A stretch of 58,103 nt of DNA, counting the filler, from Dirinaria sp. TL-2023a (taxonomy: Eukaryota): assembly GCA_051941275.1 (NCBI GenBank). It is 4 parts of 4 records of this genome, joined end to end, with 100 filler letters (N's around TTAATTAATTAA, not from the genome) between each part and the next. Parts side by side here need not be neighbours in the genome. Positions count along the whole stretch, not along the records: positions 14,577 to 29,045 come from JAVEBF010000605.1; positions 29,146 to 43,575 come from JAVEBF010000606.1; 2 more parts are not named here. One strand, given 5' to 3'. Both the position numbers and the translations under genes were made by a program. Each line of letters opens with the position of its first letter. The stretch's first letter is position 1. Below, one piece after another: positions 24,943-38,139 of the stretch. The notes beneath the pieces were generated by a model. The model was not told where the DNA came from. It did no database searches and saw only the letters and a program-made list of their open reading frames with translations.

Positions 24943-26592
24943 GCCTACTGGGCTTCAGCTAAGAGCCTAAGGTAGATATCAACCCCCCGCTATCTGGGCC
25001 CCCACGGCACTTAACCGTTAGTCATACGCTTATGTACTGTGCCGACAAATTGATCAGCCATGGGCCCATGAGACACCCAGACAATAATAATAATAATCTC
25101 GATCATCTCTCGTCTTTTCCTTAGGATCTTGCGCGACCGAGTTCCACACGATTCTTGCGCCATTGTGACACTCTTCGATGTCAACAAAACGGCGGAGCAT
25201 AAGCCTCCTTGGAAGGCTTTGGGGAAACCATTAAGCACAAGGAGGCGCCCACGCCTGAGCAGCTTCCGCTGGTTGTGTGTCAATCCTTCCCTTTGGAGGA
25301 AATAGGTCGCTCAGCGCCACTATTGGGCGATGGCGGGGGCGAATTTCATGCACCAGTATCGGCTTCCGTTCCCCGAGTCGACCAGGTTCGCGGGCCTTAG
25401 CGTCCGTGGCAGCTGTGGACTAGGGCAATACTAGTAAAGGTGGATGAGCTACTGGTCTCAAGTGGTGAATCCTAAACTTGCCTCGAGCAGGCGATCCATT
25501 AATCTCCACGACTGTCGATGTGGAAGTACCTCTAGCTTGTGCCGCCAGATTGTCTCTCTTAAGCGAGATACAGCAGCCTGATCATGACAAGACGCTCATT
25601 TGTCGAGTCCAAATCCTTCGAGGGTGGTACGATAAAGCTTATGCCACGTTCCTCCCGATCGGCAAAACCAGATCCATGGTGCCATTCCGCATGAAAATGT
25701 TTCTATCGCGCATGCTTCAATGGTGGGTGTCATCCATAGGGGGACTACTGGCAGACGAACACCAAGATCGGGGGCGATTGGGAGATAGGCGCATCCCTGC
25801 AGGCTGGTTCTTGCTGTGCTCCATGCATAACGCAGACTTGATCCACGGTCTCGGGTACACGCTTTAAGCATAATATTAATAATGTGATGGTAACGGAAGC
25901 CAGGACATGAGGACACCATTCTTAAATATCAACAATGCATTAGTCCGGCGACAATTTTGACGAGCATACGCTGAGCTCAACGCCCAACTGCCGTTGATAA
26001 GTGTATTGAGGTTTGATTAGCTAAACGGTATCAGGCGGAATTCCAATTTACAGATCCCGACTAGGCTGCGACCCAATGACTGGAAGAGAACCACCTCTCA
26101 ATAGCGACTAAGGCTCCTTCTAAGACAGGTACCTGCTTTAGACTACCGCCACAGCGGCCGCTGCGAGACAATAACCATGGGAGAAGAATAAACAAGCACA
26201 AGGTTCTCACGAAGACCCTGCATATCATTGCGCAGCCGTAGCCGTGACGTAGCTGACGCTGTTGTCCGGACTTGAGATGCCTGTCGACTGTGTGAAAGAG
26301 GCTGCATAAGCTCGACTCGCCTAGCCAACATGCCCCTTTCTAATCTGGCGCCCTGGATCGATATCGGCAGGCTCATGCCAAGAAGATTTGCGCAAACCGA
26401 CATGGCAGGGCCTCGGACTCTGACGCAGTTCGCTTCATGTGGAGCCCCCTCGCCGTCCAAGTTACGATCAATTAAAACAGCATTCTTCCGAAGGACTATC
26501 ATGTAAAGGCACAGATGTAGGCTTATACAGCTCCCAAGAAGCGCATCCCAGATCAACTCCATGATCGTTCTCATTGCTGGAAAAGTCACAGC

Positions 26593-27973
26593 ATGACCAG
26601 CATCTCCAACCTGACCACGACGGATGCCCCCTCATGGGAATCCTCAGAGCACCATGGACCTTTAATTAGCGTTCTCACATGGTTCCTCATCGTCACTTCT
26701 TTCCTCGCTGTGCTCGCGCGTGTCATCACAAGATTTGTCGTAGTCCGCCAGCTGCGATGGGACGACTTTTCGATATTATTTGCTCTGGTACGTGTTTGCT
26801 GTGCAAACAGAGAAAGTGTTTCAATGCTGATCAAAGATTGCAGCTTTTATCAATTGGGCAGTCGATCGCTACATCTCTCCAAGCTACGAACGGGCTCGGC
26901 CAGCATCTAGACTCGGTCTCCTCGAATCATCTCATCATCTTGCAGAAGGTGGGAGAACTCAGGCTTGTCAGTATCATTCAACTTACATACTGCAGTCTAC
27001 CTATGCTTCCGGATTTCTATACGTCGGGGCTTTAGCTTTAGTCAAGCTATCCATCTGCCTATACTTGGGTACACTCACCCCTGTGCGAATTCATAGAACG
27101 ATCATCCTTGGACTCAGCGCATTCATCGGAGTATGGGCGACGGCTTGTGCCTTCGTCATCGGTTTCCAATGTCGGTTGCCCCATAGCTGGGATTTCATTG
27201 GGGGGAAATGCATCGACTTGGTTGGCTTCTGGACATCCGCACACGTGCTCAATATGCTCACCGACATCGCTTTGATCGCCCTTCCATGCACAATCTTGTC
27301 AAGGCTGCAAGTTCGAGCAAGGCGTAAGGCTGTTATCATCAGTTGTTTTGCTGCTCGATTGGTGTAAGTACCGTGTCCCTGCCTTGGTCTGTGCGTGTTA
27401 CTTACGACTCGTTGCAGAGTAGTTGCAATGACTATTGTACAAATCTACTTACTCAACAATAGATACGCCGGCTCCTCGGACCCTACTTTTGACCTGTGGC
27501 TCGTCATCCTCGTCACGGAAATTGTCCAATCTCTGTCCCTCATAACAGCCTGCATCCCTTATCTCAAACCCTTCCTTCAAGCGCTCGAGACAGGGATGAT
27601 CCGCGCAAATGGGGGCGCTCAAATCCACGGCTATGGTACAGCATATGGAAGCGGGTCCAGCAAGCGTCTCAAGCCTCTTTCATCGAAAGGAAATCGCCGC
27701 CAGCTCAACGGCGTCCGCATGAACAGTCTAGGCTACGCGCCAGGAGAAGGGCAACTCGGTGGCAATTTGCCGAACCATCAGACCGTCACTGTGACCTCAA
27801 GAAGGCACGCAGGTGACTCGGACGGAGACAGCCAGTCAAGTGAGTCGAAGATCATTAAAAAAACGGTTGGATGGAGCGTCACTTCAGATGAAGGCACGAT
27901 ACAGTTGCCGCCGAATACTCATCTGGAATATCCCCCCAAGGGCCAGAGTGGCCCATACGCAAGAGCCGTGTGA
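26593..27973 (+). CDS. PTH11-like fungal rhodopsin-domain integral membrane protein (non-CFEM)
   Basis: AVLARVITR, WDD, NGLGQH, KLSI, FQC..P..W....GKC, NMLTDIALIALP, LQVRARRK, FAARL and ITACIPYLKPF. Three introns and a Ser-rich cytoplasmic tail. Confidence 0.9.
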
Positions 27974-28444
27974 GCAATCAAACCCTATCAGACAAAGCAT
28001 GTCCTAGTCAGAGAAGATTATTATTACACAGAAGCGACCAGAGTCAGGTTGAAGAGATTGTAGAGGGAAGCTGGACTAGCTTTGCGTCTCTCACGAAGAG
28101 AACATCCCGCCGTCGAAGCGAGATAGAGTCTCCACTACATCAAAACGATTTATACAGTACAGCAGTGTCAAGATAGAATGAAGATGCCCGACCTGCTCGA
28201 TAGATTGATAGCTCGCAAGAGATGGATTGATGCTTCTTCAAAGAAGAAGAATCAGGCTCTAAAGAAGTAAATGTCATTTCCTGAAGATGCCTGTGGGTAG
28301 TCAACGATGAATACCAAAGTCACGCTCTAGAATGGACATGAAAGAAAAATTACTATTAGTAATACATTTTCTTTTCGGGCGATTCGGGTTTCGCCCGACT
28401 GTCTACCCACATATAAAGGCTTCCGTATAAAGTGTTGCGAATAC

Positions 28445-28470
28445 TTTTCTTCTTCTTCTTCTTCTTCTTC
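28445..28470. repeat. (TTC)n microsatellite
   Basis: About 8 TTC units. Confidence 0.9.
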
Positions 28471-28982
28471 GTTTTCAATGCCACTTAACGATTTATCGAG
28501 AGTGCTTCTCTTCCCACCTCCCAGCAAGGTCCAAGTCTGACTTTGACCCAAGAATCTCAGCAAAGCCGTTACGACGAAAATTATACAAAGCAATTCGCAT
28601 CGCATAAGTCCTTATCGCAAGCTCCTTCACTTGAGCGTTTCCCAGCACAAAACAAGGCTGAACAATCATACCATCCCCAATGAACAAACACACCACGCTC
28701 CCACCTCATAAACTCTCCTCAGAAATCGACACTATATCCGCAACAGATACAATAAATGAATCCAGAAGTCTCAAAACCCCAGATTCATAAATCGGCAATG
28801 AATCAGTCGCGTCAACACTTGAATCCAGAAAAAAAATCCCCAAAACCAGCAATCTCCCATCACGGCCTGATTCATCAACACCCAGCACCAAACACCACCA
28901 AACAACACCAACAAGCAAACATCCCCTCCCCTCCTTCCCCTTCCACCCTCCCGAATAGAACTCCCAAAAACTCAACAATACA

Positions 28983-29045
28983 ATGCCCTGGAAATGCTGC
29001 GCCTGCCATCGCCTCCGCCCCTCTTTCCGCGCTTCATGCCGCTAC
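28983..29045 (+). CDS. Possible start of a small Cys-rich (zinc-ribbon-like) protein, truncated by contig end
   Basis: acaATG context after an A/C-rich leader; reads MPWKCCACHRLRPSFRASCRY (W-x-C-C-x-C). Only 21 codons are visible. Confidence 0.35.
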
Positions 29046-29145
29046 NNNNNNNNNNNNNNNNNNNNNNNNNNNNNNNNNNNNNNNNNNNNTTAATTAATTA
29101 ANNNNNNNNNNNNNNNNNNNNNNNNNNNNNNNNNNNNNNNNNNNN
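29046..29145. other. Artificial contig-joining spacer
   Basis: 44 N + TTAATTAATTAA + 44 N. Confidence 0.99.
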
Positions 29146-29900
29146 ACCTTCATCTCTTTTGCTGACTCTGGGAGTCGAGAAGACTCCAACAGTTTGGATG
29201 CGGCTAGGATGTGGGCGTAGGCCGCGTTCGCCACACACGTGAAATCGAAAAGGTTCGTGTTATCGCCAATCTGGAACTTTGTTTTCCCCTCGTAGTATGT
29301 TTTCAGCATATTTGGTAGGAGCTGTGCGTCGCCGACGCCGAACATGCTGGAAGGGCGAATAGCACAAGTGGTCATCTTGCCATTTCGTCGGTTTGCGCTA
29401 AGAACCAAGTCTTCTGCTTCCGCCTTCGTACGACTATATGGTTCTGGCTGAGCGGCGCCGCGCAATATCGGATAGCTTTCATCAGCCATGACAAGATTGC
29501 TAACTCCGTCATGAATGACCGATGGGCTGGATGTATAGACGAAAGCCTTCGTGTATCCCATTTGATCCGCATTGTCAAGTAACATCTTGGTACCCTCAAC
29601 GTTGACTTTGTAGTAGATGTTGGCATTTAGGGTGGAGACGACTGGAGAAGCCGTGTGAATGACTATCTGAGGTTTTACCATCTGATACACGCGTCGAACA
29701 TCCTCAAGGGAAGTGATGCTGCCTTCGTAATAAGATACGGTAGGAAGGCGGTTGCGTTTCGTGTTGATATCAAGAACCGAGATCGATGTAGCTGCGAGTT
29801 TTAGAGACACAAATTTTGCGACGATGTGATGACCCAGGAAGCCACAACCACCCACGACGAGAACGGATCCCAAGGATAGCAACTCTGTCTCAGAGCCCAT
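29146..29900 (-). CDS. ERG26: Sterol-4-alpha-carboxylate 3-dehydrogenase (C-3 sterol dehydrogenase, 3-beta-HSD family), 3'-truncated
   Basis: VLVVGGCGFLGHHIV (Rossmann), IHTASP, KVNVEGT, FVYTSS, YSRTK (YxxxK), TCAIRP, KFQIGDNTNLFDFT and NAAYAHILAA. May be a paralogue rather than the orthologue. Confidence 0.85.
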
Positions 29901-31842
29901 ATTGCTAAAGAATGGAAGATTGGCTTCAAGGCTTGAAAAGGCTGGCAGCGATGTTAATATGCCAGCTCAGAACGTTCAGATGAAAGGTTTGAGCAACTAC
30001 CTTATGGAGCCTTCGAATAGGATCCCGAAAGGGTACGTACGGTAAGCTATGCAGAAACTGATGTTTGTTACCATGCACAGCTTCAAAGAACTAAGGTGGC
30101 TGCATTCTTCCGGCACTAGCTGAGACTCTGCCCCTCATGTCGCCTTGTATGCGTGGTTGCCTGCTTTCTCGGCCGTTCGCTTTGCTGCCTTGCGTCAGGC
30201 ATCACTGCATTAGCAGCATGCAGGTACCTCGAAGAGTCGAAAAAGTCGAACATCTTTCGCCGCATCGCGAAAAAGAGGGAGGAAATGATCGAGCAATGCC
30301 CACTACTGCGGGGGTTCTCTATCCAATGGAACATCCACTTCTCTCATTTGGGACATCCTCATCGTAAGGCATCCACCGTTCCGAGCTGCGGACGTGCGCT
30401 GCAAGCCGAGAATGCACACAGTACCTCATGGGCACACATAATTCGAGCCGCTTCTAGTTTTCGTGTTTCAGAGTCTGCACCGTCTGATTTTGTCATCTGC
30501 CCAGCATCAAGGACGTGGTGCTGGCATGAGATTATCCACATACCCTGACCTTATGTTTTTCATGTTATGTCAATATGAATACATCGGTATCCGTCAACTT
30601 GGGACAGTACTGATAAGGCAATGCTGATCGACGGTATCGGAAAAACACCATGATAGCGGATTAATGATTCCAGGGCAGCCTTCCCGATTTAATTTGATTC
30701 CTGCTCAGAACTCGCGCCGACTGTGCCGCGGCCGTTGTTGCATACATGCTTTTGTTCCCACCACCACCCGCTTATTCGGTTCTTTCTTCGTCGACCCGTG
30801 AATGGCGAAATTCAATATGGGTAGAGATTGTTGAGGTGCTGAAACCATTCCACACTAACACAGTACCCGAGGACCTGGGGGGGAGATCGGGGATAACAAA
30901 TTTTTCGGGGCAATAGACCCGATCGGGTACTGACGACTTGCTTCGGTACACATCTGGCAGTACACATTTCTTATTTCCGGTGATCAGTCATCTATCTCGC
31001 CACTTCCATCGTCAAGTACTGTACGAGTACATCATCTGTGAAGCTGCTTTTCATGCTTCTTACACACTGTCTGTCATACCTTACGCATGGGTTTTCGAGT
31101 GATTTTTTCCTATGCTTTTTCGCATGGTTTTTTTCTATGACAGGCAGTCAGGTAGGTAGGTACTAAGGTATTGCAGGCACTATGACAGTCACTATGACGG
31201 TCGCTATGGCAGGCAGCAAGGTGTTTTGCATGGTTTTCCGCATGATAATTAGGTTCAACAGGTACTATCACAGGCAGTATCATCCATTACCTTATACATA
31301 TAGGATTGATGACGTAAGACTGCGAAAAGCTTGACAGCTCCCTTCCATAGGTATTTGCACATACTTCTTGTTTTTATGACATCAAAAACTTCGCATTCCA
31401 GTTCGAACAGAGTCAAAGAAACCGTCTGTTGTACTACTAATAAGCGCTCGAAGATGATTCAGGATAGTTAAGAGAGAAAAGAAAAATGAGAGTTTGAGTA
31501 TGAAACATGGTATTGTGTGTCAGAAGTCGCTTTCTTACCCCTTTTTTTATATAAATAATAATCTGGAAAAAAAAAGGGAGAGAGAGAGGGAGAGCAATCC
31601 AGCTAGACAACCCAGATCGCGCCCAAAAAAAATCAAAAAAAATGAAATGGAATATTTTCTGTTAATTAAAACCTCTATTTTTCAATAGTTAGTATATATA
31701 TACATTTCCCATCTCCCACCTTCCCCTTTCCCATTTTTCTCAATCCGACTCAAAACACCAAACTCTCTACTAACTTATCCTCTATATCCCCAGAAGCCTC
31801 TCTGTTAACAACCCTTATTACTCGCCGCTTTATATAAATATA

Positions 31843-31862
31843 GAGAGAGAGAGAGAGAGAGA
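31843..31862. repeat. (GA)n microsatellite within an AT-rich low-complexity intergenic tract
   Basis: About 10 GA units; poly-A/T runs between 31500 and 32110. Confidence 0.9.
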
Positions 31863-32373
31863 TTCCCGGATCATCCATCTCACCACCCTATGCTGAAAAA
31901 GAGTTCATGTAGAGAAAACAATGGTAAGGGGGAAGGGGGTGTGGAGTCGGAAATTTGATGGGATTAGATTTTCGAGCGATTTTTTGTAGCGGAGGAGAAT
32001 AGAAGGACGGGATGAAATGAACGAAAATTTAGTAGGTGAGCTTTTGTAAAGAAGGGGGGAAAGGTGAGGTAGCAGGGTTCATACCTTTTTTTTTTCTTCT
32101 TTTTTTTTTGGGAAAGGAGCAAAGCATCTAGCTTTCGCTTTTCTCTCGATATACAGAAGGGCGAGGGGGGAACTGTGTGCGGTTTCGAATGAGCTGGTAT
32201 GCTTGAAAAAACATTATTAGGGGTTTTCGGGGTAGAACTGCGAAGCTAGAGGAACTATCATTGCGTTTCAAAAGCCAAGCAGTTCAGGAATTATTCTAGT
32301 ATGGGAATATTCTTATTACGTATGCGCAAGCGCCACGATTTGATGATGGATGGATTGTTAATGGATAAGCTGG

Positions 32374-35306
32374 TTACTCTTCTTGCTTCACAGGCTGCGC
32401 ACCTGGATATTGTTAGTTCCCATAGGGGTAAAGGTTTTTAAGGAAACGACTTACCAAGTACCCATCCAATTCCACTTGCCAGACCCCCCGTAACCATATT
32501 ACTGACCATATCCCGCTTCCTGACCCTACCTTCCGTATCCGTCCCGCCACCACTATCGCTCGTTCCACTCCCCATCATGCTCATGCTCCTATGATGGGGG
32601 CTCTGTAACGATCCAGCACCGGCTTCTACCCGCGGGCCTCGAAGTGGAAACGCATTCTTGCTCAATGCTGCAGCTGCGCCTCTAGCGACATCGAAAAGGC
32701 CCATCGGCGCTTCTTCGCTCAATGCTGCACGGCTCGGTTGGCGGGGCTTTTGAACGGTAGGGACTGATTCCTTCGTAAAACCGCCTGGGATATGGCGGTC
32801 GCCTTTCGTATTCCATTTGTTCTCTTCTTCATCTTCAAGGTTAAGTGCCACGGTAAGCTCCTCTTCGCACCGGCCCCATACTTTCAGAATCTCAGCGAGT
32901 GATGATGGCGGAGCTAGGAGGAGGGCTTGTGAGAGGAGCTCCATGCGTTGTTCGAGTCGGCGGAGGGATGATGGTCCTGAATGCTCGATAGGTTTGTAGC
33001 AACCAGCTTTGTAGGCTGCACGCCAAGAGATGTCGTCGGAGCGTGATGTTGAGCCTGATGTCGAAGTTTGGGCCCCTTTGGCTAGTGGAGGAAGTCTATT
33101 GACTACATAGGAATAAGCTGTATCGAAATCGTTCTCGCCCAACGCAGCTTCAATGGCCATGCTTATGATTCTTCGCTGGGCGATCGAGGTTTGTTCGTCC
33201 GTGGAGTATCTGTTGTCATTTCCATCATCTGAAATTGGCGCGAGGCCAGCAGTGACAAGGTTTTGACCAATATCTAGCAGATCATCAAGCTTGGTATAGC
33301 TTCGCGCATTCTGCTCTAGTATTTTACCTATCAGCACCATTGGGTCTTTGTGAGCCCGAATATTGACCGGTTGAAACGGCACACCATGTTGTAAGACCAG
33401 AGAGTAGTACGACATGGCATGCGTTGCGGCAATTAATGCATTAATCTCCTTGAAATGCGGTGATTCTGGGAAGAATTCTCTAAAAGACCTTGCACTAGCC
33501 AGAAGTTAGTTGGGACTTGAGGAGCACGAAAGGGTCTTCACATTTCTGATGCCTTGCGAACGCCTCCGCGGGTCTTGTTGCCATTGCTTGCGCTGTCGTA
33601 TGATGCATAAGCGACATCTAGCACCGTTTTCTCTACAGTAGCTTTGTAGAGCGGAGCCTCCGCACCGCAGTATAGGTTTGTAGCAAGGGTATAGCCTATG
33701 GACTTCTATTAAAAAGGTTATTGCACGGTCGAGTGTCCGAGCACTCACAAGACTTGCCAAGCATTGCTTTCAAGAGCTCAATTTCAATGGTTTCAGAGGG
33801 AACTCTGCAGAACAAGCCACAACGGCTCGTTGCACTTGCTTGTGCCTCATCAGGAGGTCTTGAATTCCATTGGTGCAGCCACAATATCTGATGTCGGAAT
33901 TTCTCCCATGAACGTTCTTCCTGAGTCCTTGCCTGGACAGTATGCAGTAGACTGCGAAGCTCTGCCAACTGTTCTGTTTCGGATTCGAAAATAGCAAGAT
34001 CAAGTAATTTTCTACAAGCCATTGGATTTCCATGTGACGCAAGAATGTGGCCGGAGCAGAGGAGAGAGTTCGCTAATGCTAATGCATAAGGAGAAGGGCT
34101 CGTTAAGGGGTTATGAGATCGAAGCAGGGCGTTATGCAAGAGGTGCGACCGAGACAAGGATGCGATGTAGTCTTCTGGGAGGTCGCAGAGGGAATGATGA
34201 TAGGAATTCTGGATGTCCGGTGGGTCAGGAAGATTGAGGAGTCTAGCGATCTTCTCTAGAATGCGGTGAGAACCCTCTATTGTATCAAGGTCGCTAGACA
34301 CTGTAGCATATATTGCTGAAAAGCCCGCTTGTGCGTAACGACTGGCCAGACCTTGGGCGACATCACGCTGAGTTTCTTGTTGGCCTCGTCTATCCCAGTC
34401 CCCGTAGTCTACATCTCCAGGACCATCCCATTGTTCAAAGGCCGCTACAGCTTGATCGTATTCTCTGGTCGCTAGGTTCAGGAGCCACTCATTTACTTCC
34501 CCCCAGCCCTCGGTTCCTAGACCTTTATTTGCTGCAATGTCATGCTCTGGAGCGTTTCCAGCCACCGAACTTCGGCGCCGCTGGCTTGTGTCCAATTTCC
34601 GGCGCTTGCGAGAATTTTGGCCGTACATCCAAGGCCCGACAACGCCTCTGAGATCCCTGCTAATGTGGGTATTCACTCCCTCTTCAGGCTGACGAGTGGC
34701 GTTCAGTAGTAGGGTCTGCACCGCGGGCTCATCGCTCAACTTTTCCAACTCATCAAGCGAGTATGCAGGGCTTTCTTCCGTGTAATAGTCGTAATGGAGC
34801 CTGAGCAATGGTAGAAGGGTTGAAATCGCCCATGTTTGAAGGTATTCTGAGTGTTCTATGAAAGGCTTCACCAATTGTGACACAAGAGGTATTGAACCGG
34901 TCTCTGACTCGACTCGTGATGCCCGGTGGAGGATGAAGTTGGTGAAGGTATCCAGCGTGGAATCATATGGATGTTGTGGGTTTGCTATGGGAAGGAGATG
35001 CAGCTGTCGCACCCGCTGACGTGCTTCGAGCTCCGAGATCTCATCCTGTATCTTCAAGTCTTTCCGCCGGCGCTCAGCAGATACAGCCAGAGTGCCATCT
35101 TTCAAATGTGAGAGAAAGTCTGTATAAATTTCTGGTTCGGTCACTTCGGGCAGGTATGTCAGCAGAATCCGGAGGACAAGCTCGAAAGGGAGTGCCTCTG
35201 GATATGAAGCAACTAGCTGCTGCAGCTGGGATATAGCTGCGTTGACAGTGAGTTGGACAGCTTCGAGAATTAGGTATGCTTTGGAAGGCCTTTGCGAACC
35301 CGCCAT
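32374..35306 (-). CDS. SEC39: Sec39 (Dsl1 tethering complex subunit)
   Basis: LRILLTYLPE, RDLRGVVGPWMYG, WDGPGDVDYG, YDNASNGNKTRGG, LQHGVPFQPVNIR, LEQNARSYTKLDDL, ALGENDFDTAYSY, RMELLSQALLLAP, EEAPMGLFDVARGAA and RVRKRDMVSNMVTGGLASGIGWVLGAQP. Confidence 0.93.
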
Positions 35307-35773
35307 ACAGAGATGCTGTGCAATATCCAAAGCCTTGGGGCGAGTTGTGGAAGCTGTCCAACAAGTAACGACGAAGTTATTTTACTGCAAACAAGCTTCG
35401 TGTTTCTTAAAAGTCACGCCAAGAGCGAGAAATACCGGGTGATCGACCGAGGTCCCGAGCACGCCAAGGCCGAAGGAATGTGCACTGGAGTACGGAGTAT
35501 CGTCGGGCCGAAGTACGCCGGAGCGAACCTAAAAGAGCGAGTCAAGCATCTCAGCTTACATGTGCTTTCCCTTTAGCTACCTTACCTTAGCAACCTATCT
35601 TCAACCTCATGACCATCAAGCAGGGCCTTTTGACAATGTCGGATGATGCTTGTACATGAGCGGAGATCTCAAGCGTTTTCCCTATTCTCTCACTCCATGT
35701 CTTTCTGTCAACTGTCATCGGCCTGAGATTACCGACCGCTATTCCTTTGTTATTCGAATTCTTGGTAGTAGAA

Positions 35774-37189
35774 ATGTCTTCAAACGCTCTCATACCCTTC
35801 CTAGTCGCGATGATGCTTGTCACCGGCGTCTGCAATACACTGCTCTCGAAGTACCAGGTACGATGCGAAGCGTCCGAGCCTCCATCATTTGCTGACCCGT
35901 CAAGGATCTACAATGTGTTCGTAATTGCGATTCTCCAGACACAGAACAGTGGCAACGCTTTTCGCAGCCGGTCATACAGACGTGAGACGCCCTGATCCTC
36001 CCTGTAATGTAGCTGAGAGAATTCTAGCGCGCAGATGTTCATCGGAGAAATGGGTTGCTGGCTAGTAGTAGGAGGCTTCGCCCTGTTCCGTCGATACCTT
36101 GCGAAAGATGCACCTCTTTTTCGGGGAGGCTACCAACCTGTCGACGGTCACGAAGAGGACATAAACTCCGATGGGGAGAGCGAGCTACTGGACGACTCAT
36201 TTTCAGCACGGAACGCAACCAATCCGGCTGCAAAAGCATTGGTACCAAATGCGGACCAGCGGCGACCACTAGTCGGACTCAGAGTTTTCATGTTGGCTCT
36301 ACCGGCATGTTGTGACATCACTGGCACTACTCTGATGAACGCGGGACTCCTGTTCGTCGCCGCCAGCATATATCAAATGACCCGAGGGGCCCTAGTGCTA
36401 TTTGTGGGCCTCTTTAGCGTCATCTTCCTTCGCCGAAAATTATACATTTTTCACTGGTCGGCACTTTTTATTGTCGTACTTGGTGTCGCAGTTGTCGGCT
36501 TAGCTGGTGCTATAGCCCCAAACCCACAAGCACAGCCAGAGCCGAGGTCGCTGGTTGAGGCCGGCCTGATTGCTGTTCGTGATACAGCAGACCATGCCGG
36601 GGCGATCGCAAAGACTCCTGAGGCCGTTCAGACAGTCATTGGAGTTCTCATGATCGCTGGTGCTCAGATATTCACGGCAACACAGTTCGTACTCGAGGAG
36701 TGGATATTAGAGCACTACGCCCTTGAGCCCTTGAAAGTTGTGGGATGGGAAGGCATTTTTGGATTCCTGGTCACTATCGTTGGCATGATAGTCCTACATC
36801 TGGCTATCGGGCAAACGGCTGCTGGCCGATACGGCTATTTCGACATGGAAGAAGGATGGAGAGAGATCACACAATACCGTGCGGTTGCCGTGTCGTCGGT
36901 CCTCATCATGATCAGCATCGGGGGTTTCAATTTCTTTGGCCTCTCTGTGACGCGATCTGTCAGCGCCACGGCGAGGTCAACCATCGACACATGTCGTACG
37001 CTCTTCATTTGGATCGTCTCTCTAGCTCTAGGCTGGGAAACATTCAAATGGCTACAGATCCTTGGTTTTGCTCTCCTGGTTTATGGGACTTTCTTATTCA
37101 ACGAAATTGTGCAGCCACCATTGAGAGCATGTGTGCGCCAACAAAAGCACGAAGAACTATTACCCGAGGAACCAATAGAGCACATGTAA
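35774..37189 (+). CDS. SLC35F6-like / nucleotide-sugar transporter (DMT superfamily) membrane protein
   Basis: MMLVTGVCNTLLSKYQ, FSQPVIQT.QMFIGE, LPACCDITGTTLMNAGL, ASIYQMTRGALVLFVG, QFVLEE, VGWEGIFG, FNFFGLSVTRSVSATARSTIDTCRT. Two introns; divergent from SEC39. Confidence 0.9.
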
Positions 37190-38139
37190 AGTTTTGGGGC
37201 AGAATTTTTCGATAGATCGGTTCCATTGCGGCTTTCGCAAAACAGGATCCAGCTTAATACCCACATATGCACGCTTTGCGAGTAGCAGCACCGCATGGAA
37301 ACTGCAGCGAAGGAGCAATCAGAGCGGTATGAGGCTTCCAGAAATTGACTTGGTTAGATCTATGGCCTTGCCATGGCGCGCTCCATCCTAAGGAGCTAAA
37401 AAGCTAGCTGTGGGCGTCACTCTACCTAGGTGGCTTCCCTCTAATGAGGATGTCCATGCGACAATATTCGATGGCTCAATTACTGATACTCGTACCTCCC
37501 TACCACCATATATATATCTCGTGGGGCTGTTTCTCTCGCGAGTGCCTATCCCCACTAAGTTCAACCAGATTGCCTCTCATCGTTGCCATTAGAACTACTA
37601 GGCTCGGGTCGCGGTGAAATCCCTGAGACCATTTTTTGAGTCGTGTAGCCATACAACTACAGAGTCAGAACCAGTGGGTCCGGGCCTTTGCAGAAAGCAA
37701 AGGCTCCCATCTTGGGTTTACGTAGGCCTTCGTTAGAGGTCTACATCGAGTCAGAACTCCCTATATTCAAGATGTCTGCTCGTTCATTTGTCAAGCCGCT
37801 GACTGTCGGGCTGGTTCCCAAATATGATCAACTAGAGTAAAGATAGAAGGACATCGTACCACATGGTAGTGGAGACATACGGACTGACTTATAAGGTGTA
37901 GAGCTCATGGTGCAGAGATATCACTCATCTTTATAGAGACCCGTGCCTTCAAGTTGTTCGAGCATCGCCCTGTCGAAGCAAGATTCTTACATCCATTAAT
38001 TACCAAACAATGTTTCCGATCACAGCTGTTGACCGCGCCCAAATGCTCCATTGATCCTATGCGTATCTTCAATGCTATGCTAATGAAACACGGATACTTC
38101 GCGCTCAGCAATGTCTAATGGCTAATTCAAACTTACGAC

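Noticed and set aside
37684..37704. 8-bp hairpin gcctttgc-agaaa-gcaaaggc between convergent genes
   Set aside because: Short enough to arise by chance; intrinsic terminators do not apply to fungal Pol II genes.
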